In this document: piece after piece, positions 50,601-64,000 of the stretch
Numbering within the stretch: the stretch's first letter is position 1
How the letters are laid out: every line of letters starts with the position of its first letter
Source of the DNA: Eledone cirrhosa
Lineage: Eukaryota
Length of the DNA: 64,000 nucleotides
Direction of reading: 5' to 3'
Assembly (NCBI GenBank): GCA_964016885.1
Contig: OZ024753.1
Location: forward strand, 22,320,001-22,384,000
Program-made: the position numbers and the translations under genes
The notes under the pieces: model-generated
What the model saw: only the letters and a program-made list of their open reading frames with translations
Database searches by the model: none
What the model was told of the DNA's origin: nothing

Positions 50601-53600
50601 CCCATATCAGAGATTCAAGTCCGGGGAAGGTTGTATTTGTGACCAGCAGTCACCCATATCCGAGGTTCAAGTCCAGGGAAGGTTGTATTTGTGACCAGCA
50701 GTCACCCATATCCGAAGCCCAAGTCCGGGGAAGGTTGTATTTGTGACCAGCCGTCACCCATATCCGAGGCCCAAGGCCGGGGAAGGTTGTATTTGTGACC
50801 AGCAGTCACCCATATCCGAGGCCCAATTCCGGGGAAGGTTGTATTTGTGACCAGCAGTCACCCATATCCGAGGCCCAAGTCCGGGGAAGGTTGTATTTGT
50901 GACCAGCAGTCACCCATATCTGAGGCCCAAGTCCGGGGAAGGTTGTATTTGTGACCAGCAGTCACCCATATCCGAGGTTCAAGTCCAGGGAAGGTTGTAT
51001 TTGTGACCAGCAGTCACCCATATCCGAGGTTCAAGTCCGGGGAAGGTTGTATTTGTGACCAGCAGTCACCCATATCCGAGGCCCAAGGCCGGGAAGGTTG
51101 TATTTGTGACCAGCAGTCACCCATATCCGAGGCCCAAGGCCGGGAAGGTTGTATTTGTGACCAGCAGTCACCCATATCAGAGATTCAAGTCCGGGGAAGG
51201 TTGTATTTGTGACCAGCAGTCACCCATATCCGAGGTTCAAGTCCAGGGAAGGTTGTATTTGTGACCAGCAGTCACCCATATCCGAGATTCAAGTCCGGGG
51301 AAGGTTGTATTTGTGACCAGCAGTCACCCATATCCGAGGCCCAAGGCCGGGAAGGTTGTATTTGTGACCAGCAGTCACCCATATCAGAGATTCAAGTCCG
51401 GGGAAGGTTGTATTTGTGACCAGCAGTCACCCATATCCGAGATTCAAGTCTGGGGAAGGTTGTATTTGTGACCAGCAGTCACCCATATCCGAGGTTCAAG
51501 TCCAGGGAAGGTTGTATTTGTGACCAGCAGTCACCCATATCCGAGGTTCAAGTCCGGGGAAGGTTGTATTTGTGACCATCAGTCACCCACATCCGAGATT
51601 CAAGTCCGGGGAAGGTTGTATTTGTGACCAGCAGTCACCCATATCCGAGGTTCAAGTCCGGGGAAGGTTGTATTTGTGACCAGCAGTCACCCATATCCGA
51701 GGCCCAAGGCCGGGAAGGTTGTATTTGTGACCAGCAGTCACCCATATCAGAGATTCAAGTCCGGGGAAGGTTGTATTTGTGACCAGCAGTCACCCATATC
51801 CGAGGTTCAAGTCCAGGGAAGGTTGTATTTGTGACCAGCAGTCACCCATATCCGAGGTTCAAGTCCGGGGAATGTTGTATTTGTGACCAGCAGTCACCCA
51901 TATCCGAGGCCCAAGTCCGGGGAAGGTTGTATTTGTGACCAGCAGTCACCCATATCCGAGGTTCAAGTCCGGGGCAGGTTGTATTTGTGACCAGCAGTCA
52001 CCCATATCCGAAGCCCAAGTCCGGGGAAGGTTGTATTTGTGACCAGCAGTCACCCATATCCGAGGCCCAAGGCCGGGGAAGGTTGTATTTGTGACCAGCA
52101 GTCACCCATATCCGAGGCCCAAGTCCGGGGAAGGTTGTATTTGTGACCAGCAGTCACCCATATCCGAGGCCCAAGTCCGGGGAAGGTTGTATTTGTGACC
52201 AGCAGTCACCCATATCCGAGGCCCAAGTCCGGGGAAGGTTGTATTTGTGACCAGCAGTCACCCATATCCGAGGTTCAAGTCCAGGGAAGGTTGTATTTGT
52301 GACCAGCAGTCACCCATATCCGAGGTTCAAGTCCGGGGAAGGTTGTATTTGTGACCAGCAGTCACCCATATCCGAGGCCCAAGTCCGGGGAAGGTTGTAT
52401 TTGTGACCAGCAGTCACGCATATCCGAGGCCCAAGTCCGGTGAAGGTTGTATTTGTGACCAGCAGTCACCCATATCCGAGGCCCAAGTCCGGGGAAGGTT
52501 GTATTTGTGACCAGCAGTCACCCATATCCGAGGTTCAAGTCCGGGGAAGGTTGTATTTGTGACCAGCAGTCACCCATATCCGAGGCCCAAGTCCGGGGAA
52601 GGTTGTATTTGTGACCAGCAGTCACCCATATCCGAGATTCAAGTCCGGGGAAGGTTGTATTTGTGACCTGCAGTCACCCATATCCGAGGTTCAAGTCCGG
52701 GGAAGGTTGTATTTGTGACCAGCAGTCACCCATATCCGAGGCCCAAGGCCGGGAAGGTTGTATTTGTGACCAGCAGTCACCCATATCCGAGATTCAAGTC
52801 TGGGGAAGGTTGTATTTGTGACCAGCAGTCACCCATATCCGAGGTTCAAGTCCAGGGAAGGTTGTATTTGTGACCAGCAGTCACCCATATCCGAGGTTCA
52901 TGTCCGGGAAGGTTGTATTTGTGACCAGCAGTCACCCATATCCGAGATTCAAGTCCGGGGAAGGTTGTATTTGTGACCAGCAGTCACCCATATCCGAGGT
53001 TCAAGTCCGGGGAAGGTTGTATTTGTGACCAGCAGTCACCCATATCCGAGGCCCAAGGCCGGGAAGGTTGTATTTGTGACCAGCAGTCACCCATATCCGA
53101 GATTCAAGTCCGGGGAAGGTTGTATTTGTGACCAGCAGTCACCCATATCCGAGGTTCAAGTCCAGGGAAGGTTGTATTTGTGACCAGCAGTCACCCATAT
53201 CAGAGGCCCAAGTCCGGGGAAGGTTGTATTTGTGACCAGCAGTCACCCATATCCGAGGCCCAAGTCCGGGGAAGGTTGTATTTGTGACCAGCAGTCACCC
53301 ATATCCGAGGCCCAAGTCCGGGGAAGGTTGTATTTGTGACCAGCAGTCACCCATATCCGAGGTTCAAGTCCGGGGAAGGTTGTATTTGTGACCAGCAGTC
53401 ACCCATACCCGAGGCCCAAGGCCGGGAAGGTTGTATTTGTTACCAGCAGTCACCCATATCCGAGATTCAAGTCCGGGGAAGGTTGTATTTGTGACCAGCA
53501 GTCACCCATATCCGAGGCCCAAGGCCGGGAAGGTTGTATTTGTGACCAGCAGTCACCCATATCAGAGATTCAAGTCCGGGGAAGGTTGTATTTGTGACCA

Positions 53601-56600
53601 GCAGTCACCCATATCCGAGGTTCAAGTCCAGGGAAGGTTATATTTGTGACCAGCAGTAACCCATATCCGAGATTCAAGTCCAGGGAAGGTTGTATTTGTG
53701 ACCAGCAGTCACCCATATCCGAAGTTCAAGTCCGGGGAAGGTTGTATTTGTGACCAGCAGTCACCCATATTCGAAGCCCAAGTCCGGGGATGTTGTATTT
53801 GTGACCAGCAGTCACCCATATCCGAGGTTCAAGTCCAGGGAAGGTTGTATTTGTGACCAGCAGTCACCCATATCCGAGGCCCAAGGCCGGGAAGGTTGTA
53901 TTTGTGACCAGCAGTCACCCATATCCGAGATTCAAGTCTGGGGAAGGTTGTATTTGTGACCAGCAGTCACCCATATCCGAGGTTCAAGTCCAGGGAAGGT
54001 TGTATTTGTGACCAGTAGTCACCCATATCCGAGGCCCAAGTCTGGGGAAGGTTGTATTTGTGACCTGCAGTCACCCATATCCGAGGCCCAAGTCCGGGGA
54101 AGGTTGTATTTGTGACCAGCAGTCACCCATATCCGAGGTTCAAGTCCGGGGCAGGTTGTATTTGTGACCAGCAGTCACCCATATCCGCTGCCTAAGTCCG
54201 GGGAAGGTTGTATTTGTGACCAGCAGTCACCCATATCCGAGGCCCAAGGCCGGGGAAGGTTGTATTTGTGACCAGCAGTCACCCATATCCGAGGCCCAAG
54301 TCCGGGGAAGGTTGTATTTGTGACCAGCAGTCACCCATATCCGAGGCCCAAGTCCGGGGAAGGTTGTATTTGTGACCAGCAGTCACCCATATCCGAGGCC
54401 CAAGTCCGGGGAAGGTTGTATTTGTGAGCAGCAGTCACCCATATCCGAGGTTCAAGTCCGGGGAAGGTTGTATTTGTGACCAGCAGTCACCCATATCCGA
54501 GGTTCAAGTCCGGGGAAGGTTGTATTTGTGACCAGCAGTCACCCATATCCGAGGCCCAAGTCCGGGGAAGGTTGTATTTGTGACCAGCAGTCACGCATAT
54601 CCGAGGCCCAAGTCCGGGGAAGGTTGTATTTGTGACCAGCAGTCACCCATATCCGAGGCCCAAGTCCGGGGAAGGTTGTATTTGTGACCAGCAGTCACCC
54701 ATATCCGAGGTTCAAGTCCGGGGAAGGTTGTATTTGTGACCAGCAGTCACCCATATCCGAGGCCCAAGTCTGGGGAAGGTTGTATTTGTGACCAGCAGTC
54801 ACCCATATCCGAGGTTCAAGTCCGGGGAAGGTTGTATTTGTGACCAGCAGTCACCCATATCCGAGATTCAAGTCCGGGGAAGGTTGTATTTGTGACCAGC
54901 AGTCACCCATATCCGAGGTTCAAGTCCGGGGAATGTTGTATTTGTGACCAGCAGTCACCCATATCCGAGGCCCAAGTCCGGGGAAGGTTGTATTTGTGAC
55001 CAGCAGTCACCCATATCCGAGGTTCAAGTCCGGGGCAGGTTGTATTTGTGACCAGCAGTCACCCATATCCGAAGCCCAAGTCCGGGGAAGGTTGTATTTG
55101 TGACCAGCAGTCACCCATATCCGAGGCCCAAGGCCGGGGAAGGTTGTATTTGTGACCAGCAGTGACCCATATCCGAGGCCCAAGTCCGGGGAAGGTTGTA
55201 TTTGTGACCAGCAGTCACCCATATCTGAGGCCCAAGTCCGGGGAAGGTTGTATTTGTGACCAGCAGTCACCCATATCCGAGGTTCAAGTCCAGGGAAGGT
55301 TGTATTTGTGACCAGCAGTCACCCATATCCGAGGTTCAAGTCCGGGGAAGGTTGTATTTGTGACCAGCAGTCACCCATATCCGAGGCCCAAGTCCGGGGA
55401 AGGTTGTATTTGTGACCAGCAGTCACGCATATCCGAGGCCCAAGTCCGGGGAAGGTTGTATTTGTGACCAGCAGTCACCCATATCCGAGGCCCAAGTCCG
55501 GGGAAGGTTGTATTTGTGACCAGCAGTCACCCATATCCGAGGTTCAAGTCCGGGGAAGGTTGTATTTGTGACCAGCAGTCACCCATATCCGAGATTCAAG
55601 TCCGGGGAAGGTTGTATTTGTGATCTGCAGTCACCCATATCCGAGGTTCAAGTCCGGGGAAGGTTGTATTTGTGACCAGCAGTCACCCATATCCGAGGCC
55701 CAAGGCCGGGAAGGTTGTATTTGTGACCAGCAGTCACCCATATCCGAGATTCAAGTCTGGGGAAGGTTGTATTTGTGACCAGCAGTCACCCATATCCGGG
55801 GTTCAAGTCCAGGGAAGGTTGTATTTGTGACCAGCAGTCACCCATATCCGAGGTTCAAGTCCGGGGAAGGTTGTATTTGTGACCAGCAGTCACCCATATC
55901 CGAGATTCAAGTCCGGGGAAGGTTGTATTTGTGACCAGCAGTCACCCATATCCGAGGTTCAAGTCCGGGGAAGGTTGTATTTGTGACCAGCAGTCACCCA
56001 TATCCGAGGCCCAAGGCCGGGAAGGTTGTATTTGTGACCAGCAGTCACCCATATCCGAGATTCAAGATCGGGGAAGGTTGTATTTGTGACCAGCAGTCAC
56101 CCATATCCGAGGTTCAAGTCCAGGGAAGGTTGTATTTGTGACCAGCAGTCACCCATATCAGAGGCCCAAGTCCGGGGAAGGTTGTATTTGTGACCAGCAG
56201 TCACCCATATCCGAGGCCCAAGTCCGGGGAAGGTTGTATTTGTGACCAGCAGTCACCCATATCCGAGGTTCAAGTCCGGGGAAGGTTGTATTTGTGACCA
56301 GCAGTCACCCATATCCGAGGCCCAAGGCCGGGAAGGTTGTATTTGTTACCAGCAGTCACCCATATCCGAGGCCCAAGGCCGGGAAGGTTGTATTTGTGAC
56401 CAGCAGTCACCCATATCAGAGATTCAAGTCCGGGGAAGGTTGTATTTGTGACCAGCAGTCACCCATATCCGAGGTTCAAGTCCAGGGAAGGTTGTATTTG
56501 TGACCAGCAGTCACCCATATCCGAGATTCAAGTCCAGGGAAGGTTGTATTTGTGACCAGCAGTCACCCATATCCGAGGTTCAAGTCCGGGGAAGGTTGTA

Positions 56601-59600
56601 TTTGTGACCAGCAGTCACCCATATCCGAAGCCCAAGTCCGGGGATGTTGTATTTGTGACCAGCAGTCACCCATATCCGAGGTTCAAGTCCAGGGAAGGTT
56701 GTATTTGTGACCAGCAGTCACCCATATCCGAGGCCCAAGGCCGGGAAGGTTGTATTTGTGACCAGCAGTCACCCATATCAGAGATTCAAGTCTGGGGAAG
56801 GTTGTATTTGTGACCAGCAGTCACCCATATCCGAGGTTCAAGTCCAGGGAAGGTTGTATTTGTGACCAGTAGTCACCCATATCCGAGGCCTAAGTCTGGG
56901 GAAGGTTGTATTTGTGACCTGCAGTCACCCATATCCGAGGCCCAAGTCCGGGGAAGGTTGTATTTGTGACCAGCAGTCACCCATATCCGAGGTTCAAGTC
57001 CGGGGCAGGTTGTATTTGTGACCAGCAGTCACCCATATCCGAAGCCCAAGTCCGGGGAAGGTTGTATTTGTGACCAGCAGTCACCCATATCCGAGGCCCA
57101 AGGCCGGGGAAGGTTGTATTTGTGACCAGCAGTCACCCATATCCGAGGCCCAAGTCCGGGGAAGGTTGTATTTGTGACCAGCAGTCACCCATATCCGAGG
57201 CCCAAGTCCGGGGAAGGTTGTATTTGTGACCAGCAGTCACCCATATCCGAGGTTCAAGTCCAGGGAAGGTTGTATTTGTGACCAGCAGTCACCCATATCC
57301 GAGGTTCAAGTCCGGGGAAGGTTGTATTTGTGACCAGCAGTCACCCATATCCGAGGTTCAAGTCCGGGGAAGGTTGTATTTGTGACCAGCAGTCACGCAT
57401 ATCCGAGGCCCAAGTCCGGGGAAGGTTGTATTTGTGACCAGCAGTCACCCATATCCGAGGCCCAAGTCCGGGGAAGGTTGTATTTGTGACCAGCAGTCAC
57501 CCATATCCGAGGTTCAAGTCCGGGGAAGGTTGTATTTGTGACCAGCAGTCACCCATATCCGAGGCCAAAGTCTGGGGAAGGTTGTATTTGTGACCAGCAG
57601 TCACCCATATCCGAGGTTCAAGTCCAGGGAAGGTTGTATTTGTGACCAGCAGTCACCCGTATCCGAGGTTCAAGTCCGGGGAAGGTTGTATTTGTGACCA
57701 GCAGTCACCCATATCCGAGATTCAAGTCCGGGGAAGGTTGTATTTGTGACCAGCAGTCACCCATATCCGAGGTTCAAGTCCGGGGAAGGTTGTATTTGTG
57801 ACCAGCAGTCACCCATATCCGAGGTTCAAATCCGGGGCAGGTTGTATTTGTGACCAGCAGTCACCCATATCCGAAGCCCAAGTCCGGGGAAGGTTGTATT
57901 TGCGACCAGCAGTCACCCATATCCGAGGCCCAAGGCCGGGGAAGGTTTTATTTGCGACCAGCAGTCACCCATATCCGAGGCCCAAGTCCGGGGAAGGTTG
58001 TATTTGTGACCAGCAGTCACCCATATCCGAGGCCCAAGTCCGGGGAAGGTTGTATTTGTGACCAGCAGTCACCCATATCCGAGGCCCAAGTCCGGGGAAG
58101 GTTGTATTTGTGACCAGCAGTCACCCATATCCGAGGTTCAAGTCCAGGGAAGGTTGTATTTGTGACCAGAAATCACCCATATCCGAGGTTCAAGTCCGGG
58201 GAAGGTTGTATTTGTGACCAGCAGTCACCCATATCCGAGATTCAAGTCCGGGGAAGGTTGTATTTGTGACCTGCAGTAACCCATATCCGAGGTTCAAGTC
58301 CGGGGAAGGTTGTATTTGTGACCAGCAGTCACCCATATCCGAGGCCCAAGGCCGGGAAGGTTGTATTTGTGACCAGCAGTCACCCATATCCGAGATTCAA
58401 GTCTGGGGAAGGTTGTATTTGTGACCAGCAGTCACCCATATCCGAGGTTCAAGTCCGGGGAAGGTTGTATTTGTGACCAGCAGTCACCCATATCCGAGAT
58501 TCAAGTCCGGGGAAGGTTGTATTTGTGACCAGCAGTCACCCATATCCGAGGTTCAAGTGCGGGGAAGGTTGTATTTGTGACCAGCAGTCACCTATATCCG
58601 AGGCCCAAGGCCGGGAAGGTTGTATTTGTGACCAGCAGTCACCCATATCCGAGATTCAAGTCCGGGGAAGGTTGTATTTGTGACCAGCAGTCACCCATAT
58701 CCGAGGTTCAAGTCCAGGGAAGGTTGTATTTGTGACCAGCAGTCACCCATATCAGAGGCCCAAGTCCGGGGAAGGTTGTATTTGTGACCAGCAGTCACCC
58801 ATATCCGAGGCCCAAGTCCGGGGAAGGTTGTATTTGTGACCAGCAGTCACCCATATCCGAGGTTCAAGTCCGGGGAAGGTTGTATTTGTGACCAGCAGTC
58901 ACCCATATCCGAGGCCCAAGGCCGGGAAGGTTGTATTTGTTACCAGCAGTCACCCATATCCGAGATTCAAGTCCGGCGAAGGTTGTATTTGTGACCAGCA
59001 GTCACCCATATCCGAGGCCCAAGGCCGGGAAGGTTGTATTTGTGACCAGCAGTCACCCATATCAGAGATTCAAGTCCGGGGAAGGTTGTATTTGTGACCA
59101 GCAGTCACCCATATCCGAGGTTCAAGTCCAGGGAAGGTTGTATTTGTGACCAGCAGTCACCCATATCCGAGATTCAAGTCCAGGGAAGGTTGTATTTGTG
59201 ACCAGCAGTCACCCATATCCGAGGTTCAAGTCCGGGAAAGGTTGTATTTGTGACCAGCAGTCACCCATATCCGAAGCCCAAGTCCGGGGAAGGTTGTATT
59301 TGTGACCAGCAGTCACCCATAATCGAGGTTCAAGTCCAGGGAAGGTTGTATTTGTGACCAGCAGTCACCCATATCCGAGGCCCAAGGCCGGGAAGGTTGT
59401 ATTTGTGACCAGCAGTCACCCATATCCGAGATTCAAGTCTGGGGAAGGTTGTATTTGTGACCAGCAGTCACCCATATCCGAGGTTCAAGTCCAGGGAAGG
59501 TTGTATTTGTGACCAGCAGTCACCCATATCCGAGGCCCAAATCTGGGGAAGGTTGTATTTGTGACCTGCAGTCACCCATATCCGAGGCCCAAGTCCGGGG

Positions 59601-62600
59601 AAGGTTGTATTTGTGACCAGCAGTCACCCATATCCGAGGTTCAAGTCCGGGGCAGGTTGTATTTGTGACCAGCAGTCACCCATATCCGAAGCCCAAGTCC
59701 GGGGAAGGTTGTATTTGTGACCAGCAGTCACCCATATCCGAGGCCCAAGGCCGGGGAAGGTTGTATTTGTGACCAGCAGTCACCCATATCCGAGGCCCAA
59801 GTCCGGGGAGGTTGTATTTGTGACCAGCAGTCACCCATATCCGAGGCCCAAGTCCGGGGAAGGTTGTATTTGTGACCAGCAGTCACCCATATCCGAGGCC
59901 CAAGTCCGGGGAAGGTTGTATTTGTGACCAGCAGTCACCCATATCCGAGGTTCAAGTCCAGGGAAGGTTGTATTTGTGACCAGCAGTCACCCATATCCGA
60001 GGTTCAAGTCCGGGGAAGGTTGTATTTGTGACCAGCAGTCACCCATATCCGAAGCCCAAGTCCGGGGAAGGTTGTATTTGTGACCAGCAGTCACGCATAT
60101 CCGAGGCCCAAGTCCGGGGAAGGTTGTATTTGTGACCAGCAGTCACCCATATCCGAGGCCCAAGTCCGGGGAAGGTTGTATTTGTGACCAGCAGTCACCC
60201 ATATCCGAGGTTCAAGTCCGGGGAAGGTTGTATTTGTGACCAGCAGTCACCCATATCCGAGATTCAAGTCCGGGGAAGGTTGTATTTGTGACCTGCAGTC
60301 ACCCATATCCGAGGTTCAAGTCCGGGGAAGGTTGTATTTGTGACCAGCAGTCACCCATATCCGAGATTCAAGTCCGGGGAAGGTTGTATTTGTGACCAGC
60401 AGTCACCCATATCCGAGGTTCAAGTCCGGGGAAGGTTGTATTTGTGACCAGCAGTCACCCATATCCGAGGACCAAGGCCGGGAAGGTTGTATTTGTGACC
60501 AGCAGTCACCCATATCCGAGGCCCAAGGCCGGGAAGGTTGTATTTGTGACCAGCAGTCACCCATATCAGAGATTCAAGTCCGGGGAAGGTTGTATTTGTG
60601 ACCAGCAGTCACCCATATCCGAGGTTCAAGTCCAGGGAAGGTTGTATTTGTGACCAGCAGTCACCCATATCCGAGATTCAAGTCCAGGGAAGGTTGTATT
60701 TGTGACCAGCAGTCACCCATATCCGAGGTTCAAGTCCGGGGAAGGTTGTATTTGTGACCAGCAGTCACCCATATCCGAAGCCCAAGTCCGGGGATGTTGT
60801 ATTTGTGACCAGCAGTCACAGATATCCGAGGTTCAAGTCCAGGGAAGGTTGTATTTGTGACCAGCAGTCACCCATATCCGAGGCCCAAGGCCGGGAAGGT
60901 TGTATTTGTGACCAGCAGTCACCCATATCCGAGATTCAAGTCTGGGGAAGGTTGTATTTGTGACCAGCAGTCACCCATATCCGAGGTTCAAGTCCAGGGA
61001 AGGTTGTATTTGTGACCAGTAGTCACCCATATCCGAGGCCTAAGTCTGGGGAAGGTTGTATTTGTGACCTGCAGTCAACCATATCCGAGGCCCAAGTCCG
61101 GGGAAGGTTGTATTTGTGACCAGCAGTCACCCATATCCGAGGTTCAAGTCCGGGGCAGGTTGTATTTGTGACCAGCAGTCACCCATATCCGAAGCCCAAG
61201 TCCGGGGAAGGTTGTATTTGTGACCAGCAGTCACCCATATCCGAGGCCCAAGGCCGGGGAAGGTTGTATTTGTGACCAGCAGTCACCCATATCCGAGGCC
61301 CAAGTCCGGGGAAGGTTGTATTTGTGACCAGCAGTCACCCATATCCGAGGCCCAAGTCCGGGGAAGGTTGTATTTGTGACCAGCAGTCACGCATATCCGA
61401 GGCCCAAGTCCGGGGAAGGTTGTATTTGTGACCAGCAGTCACCCATATCCGAGGCCCAAGTCCGGGGAAGGTTGTATTTGTGACCAGCAGTCACTCATAT
61501 CCGAGGCCCAAGTCCGGGGAAGGTTGTATTTGTGACCAGCAGTCACGCATATCCGAGGCCCAAGTCCGGGGAAGGTTGTATTTGTGACCAGCAGTCACCC
61601 ATATCCGAGGCCCAAGTCCGGGGAAGGTTGTATTTGTGACCAGCAGTCACCCATATCCGAGGTTCAAGTCCGGGGAAGGTTGTATTTGTGACCAGCAGTC
61701 ACCCATATCCGAGGCCAAAGTCTGGGGAAGGTTGTATTTGTGACCAGCAGTCACCCATATCCGAGGTTCAAGTCCAGGGAAGGTTGTATTTGTGACCAGC
61801 AGTCACCCGTATCCGAGGTTCAAGTCCGGGGAAGGTTGTATTTGTGACCAGCAGTCACCCATATCCGAGATTCAAGTCCGGGGAAGGTTGTATTTGTGAC
61901 CAGCAGTCACCCATATCCGAGGTTCAAGTCCGGGGAATGTTGTATTTGTGACCAGCAGTCACCCATATCCGAGGCCCAAGTCCGGGGAAGGTTGTATTTG
62001 TGACCAGCAGTCACCCATATCCGAGGTTCAAATCCGGGGCAGGTTGTATTTGTGACCAACAGTCACCCATATCCGAAGCCCAAGTCCGGGGAAGGTTGTA
62101 TTTGTGACCAGCAGTCACCCATATCCGAGGCCCAAGGCCGGGGAAGGTTGTATTTGCGACCAGCAGTCACCCATATCCGAGGCCCAAGTCCGGGGAAGGT
62201 TGTATTTGTGACCAGCAGTCACCCATATCCGAGGCCCAAGTCCGGGGAAGGTTGTATTTGTGACCAGCAGTCACCCATATCCGAGGCCCAAGTCCGGGGA
62301 AGGTTGTATTCGTGACCAGCAGTCACCCATATCCGAGGTTCAAGTCCAGGGAAGGTTGTATTTGTGACCAGCAGTCACCCATATCCGAGGTTCAAGTCCG
62401 GGGAAGGTTGTATTTGTGACCAGCAGTCACCCATATCCGAGGCCCAAGTCCGGGGAAGGTTGTATTTGTGACCAGCAGTCACGCATATCCGAGGCCCAAG
62501 TCCGGGGAAGGTTGTATTTGTGACCAGCAGTCACCCATATCCGAGGCCCAAGTCCGGGGAAGGTTGTATTTGTGACCAGCAGTCACCCATATCCGAGGTT

Positions 62601-64000
62601 CAAGTCCGGGGAAGGTTGTATTTGTGACCAGCAGTCACCCATATCCGAGATTCAAGTCCGGGGAAGGTTGTATTTGTGACCTGCAGTCACCCATATCCGA
62701 GGTTCAAGTCCGGGGAAGGTTGTATTTGTGACCAGCAGTCACCCATATCCGAGGCCCAAGGCCGGGAAGGTTGTATTTGTGACCAGCAGTCACCCATATC
62801 CGAGATTCAAGTCTGGGGAAGGTTGTATTTGTGACCAGCAGTCACCCATATCCGAGGTTCAAGTCCAGGGAAGGTTGTATTTGTGACCAGCAGTCACCCA
62901 TATCCGAGGTTCAAGTCCGGGGAAGGTTGTATTTGTGACCAGCAGTCACCCATATCCGAGATTCAAGTCCGGGGAAGGTTGTATTTGTGACCAGCAGTCA
63001 CCCATATCCGAGGTTCAAGTCCGGGGAAGGTTGTATTTGTGACCAGCAGTCACCTATATCCGAGGCCCAAGGCCGGGAAGGTTGTATTTGTGACCAGCAG
63101 TCACCCATACCCGAGATTCAAGTCCGGGGAAGGTTGTATTTGTGACCAGCAGTCACCCATATCCGAGGTTCAAGTCCAGGGAAGGTTGTATTTGTGACCA
63201 GCAGTCACCCATATCAGAGGCCCAAGTCCGGGGAAGGTTGTATTTGTGACCAGCAGTCACCCATATCCGAGGCCCAAGTCCGGGGAAGGTTGTATTTGTG
63301 ACCAGCAGTCACCCATATCCGAGGTTCAAGTCCGGGGAAGGTTGTATTTGTGACCAGCAGTCACCCATATCCGAAGCCCAAGGCCGGGAAGGTTGTATTT
63401 GTTACCAGCAGTCACCCATATCCGAGATTCAAGTCCGGCGAAGGTTGTATTTGTGACCAGCAGTCACCCATATCCGAGGCCCAAGGCCGGGAAGGTTGTA
63501 TTTGTGACCAGCAGTCACCCATATCAGAGATTCAAGTCCGGGGAAGGTTGTATTTGTGACCAGCAGTCACCCATATCCGAGGTTCAAGTCCAGGGAAGGT
63601 TGTATTTGTGACCAGCAGTCACCCATATCCGAGATTCAAGTCCAGGGAAGGTTGTATTTGTGACCAGCAGTCACCCATATCCGAGGTTCAAGTCCGGGGA
63701 AGGTTGTATTTGTGACCAGCAGTCACCCATATCCGAAGCCCAAGTCCGGGGATGTTGTATTTGTGACCAGCAGTCACCCATATCCGAGGTTCAAGTCCAG
63801 GGAAGGTTGTATTTGTGACCAGCAGTCACCCATATCCGAGGCCCAAGGCCGGGAAGGTTGTATTTGTGACCAGCAGTCCCCCATATTCGAGATTCAAGTC
63901 TGGGGAAGGTTGTATTTGTGACCAGCAGTCACCCATATCCGAAATTCAAGTCCAGGGAAGGTTGTATTTGTGACCAGCAGTCACCCATATCCGAGGCCCA
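44609..64000 (+). repeat. Macro-repeat copy 3 (compact form, collinear with 1-28.6 kb, truncated by the window end)
   Basis: Collinear rare variants with stepwise offsets 44,608, 44,504, 44,192, 44,400, 42,737, 42,322, 42,218, 37,447, 35,323 and 35,375 (ORF pairs such as 5413/49605, 12685/55007, 26729/62052, 28337/63712). Confidence 0.85.
62040..64000 (+). repeat. Example of the long higher-order repeat (40 monomers, about 2.07 kb; last monomers fall beyond the window)
   Basis: The ordered series runs from the GGGGCAGG marker through CACGCAT, CCTGCAG, TCTGGGG, TCAGAGGCCC, GTTACC, TCAGAGATTC and GGGGATGTT. The same order occurs at 26717-28739 (39-mer), 12714-14684 and 55036-57006 (38-mers), and approximately at 9393-11414. 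Confidence 0.75.

Larger units (their letters stand above)
1..64000 (+). repeat. Tandem satellite array, 52-bp monomer (51-bp variants common, rare 53-bp), about 1,230 copies, single orientation, open at both ends
   Basis: Every line consists of GGGGAAGGTTGTATTTGTGACCAGCAGTCACCCATATCCGAGG(CC/TT)CAAGTCC or close variants (example monomer 54-105). No non-repeat sequence or inverted monomer was seen. Confidence 0.99.

Noticed and set aside
1264-63921. About 100 short ORFs (MTSSHPY..., GEGCICDQQSPISE..., MYLLPAVTH...) as a repeat-protein gene family
   Set aside because: 52 is not a multiple of 3, so each frame cycles through the three phases and meets the TGA in TTGTGA every third monomer. Longer ORFs appear only where 51-bp monomers or TGA-destroying SNPs occur. 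Plus-strand starts are GTG or TTG inside the repeat, and there is no unique flanking sequence.
1-64000. CRISPR array (about 37-bp constant part with hairpin plus variable part)
   Set aside because: The variable part is only about 15 bp and consists of a few alleles of one sequence, not unique spacers. There is no leader and there are no cas genes.
1-64000. Telomeric repeat, plasmid iterons or transposon terminal repeats
   Set aside because: There is no short G-rich telomere unit, rep or transposase gene, inverted end or strand switch. The scale and hierarchical variants fit chromosomal satellite DNA.
1-64000. Pure sequencing or amplification artefact (rolling-circle concatemer)
   Set aside because: Rare variants recur in the same order tens of kb apart with nested indels, which random error would not produce. 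Individual duplications could still be mis-assembled.

Overview
The whole 64,000-base window is one uninterrupted head-to-tail satellite array. The monomer is 52 bp, consensus GGGGAAGGTTGTATTTGTGACCAGCAGTCACCCATATCCGAGG(CC/TT)CAAGTCC, about 52-56% GC. There are roughly 1,230 copies, all in the same orientation, and the array runs off both ends of the window. I see no unique sequence, gene, structural RNA gene, transposon insertion or CRISPR spacer. All listed ORFs are translations of the repeat. The information lies in the order of monomer variants. About ten recurrent monomer types form two related higher-order repeats (about 18 and about 40 monomers) that share a 12-monomer head. These are nested in a macro-repeat of about 21-30 kb (1-30.5 kb, a partial composite copy at 30.5-44.6 kb, and 44.6 kb to the end). 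The macro-repeat has been edited by whole-monomer duplications and deletions (572, 1,663, 2,076, 2,124 and 4,719/5,341 bp). Each monomer carries a GTGAC-N5-GTCAC dyad, is about 5 helical turns long (3 monomers = 156 bp), shows CpG-decay variants, and on the minus strand weakly resembles the 3' half of metazoan 5S rRNA. This is most likely a eukaryotic centromeric or heterochromatic satellite; I do not recognise the family. Block boundaries were traced by eye from diagnostic variants and ORF-track offsets and are accurate to about one monomer.
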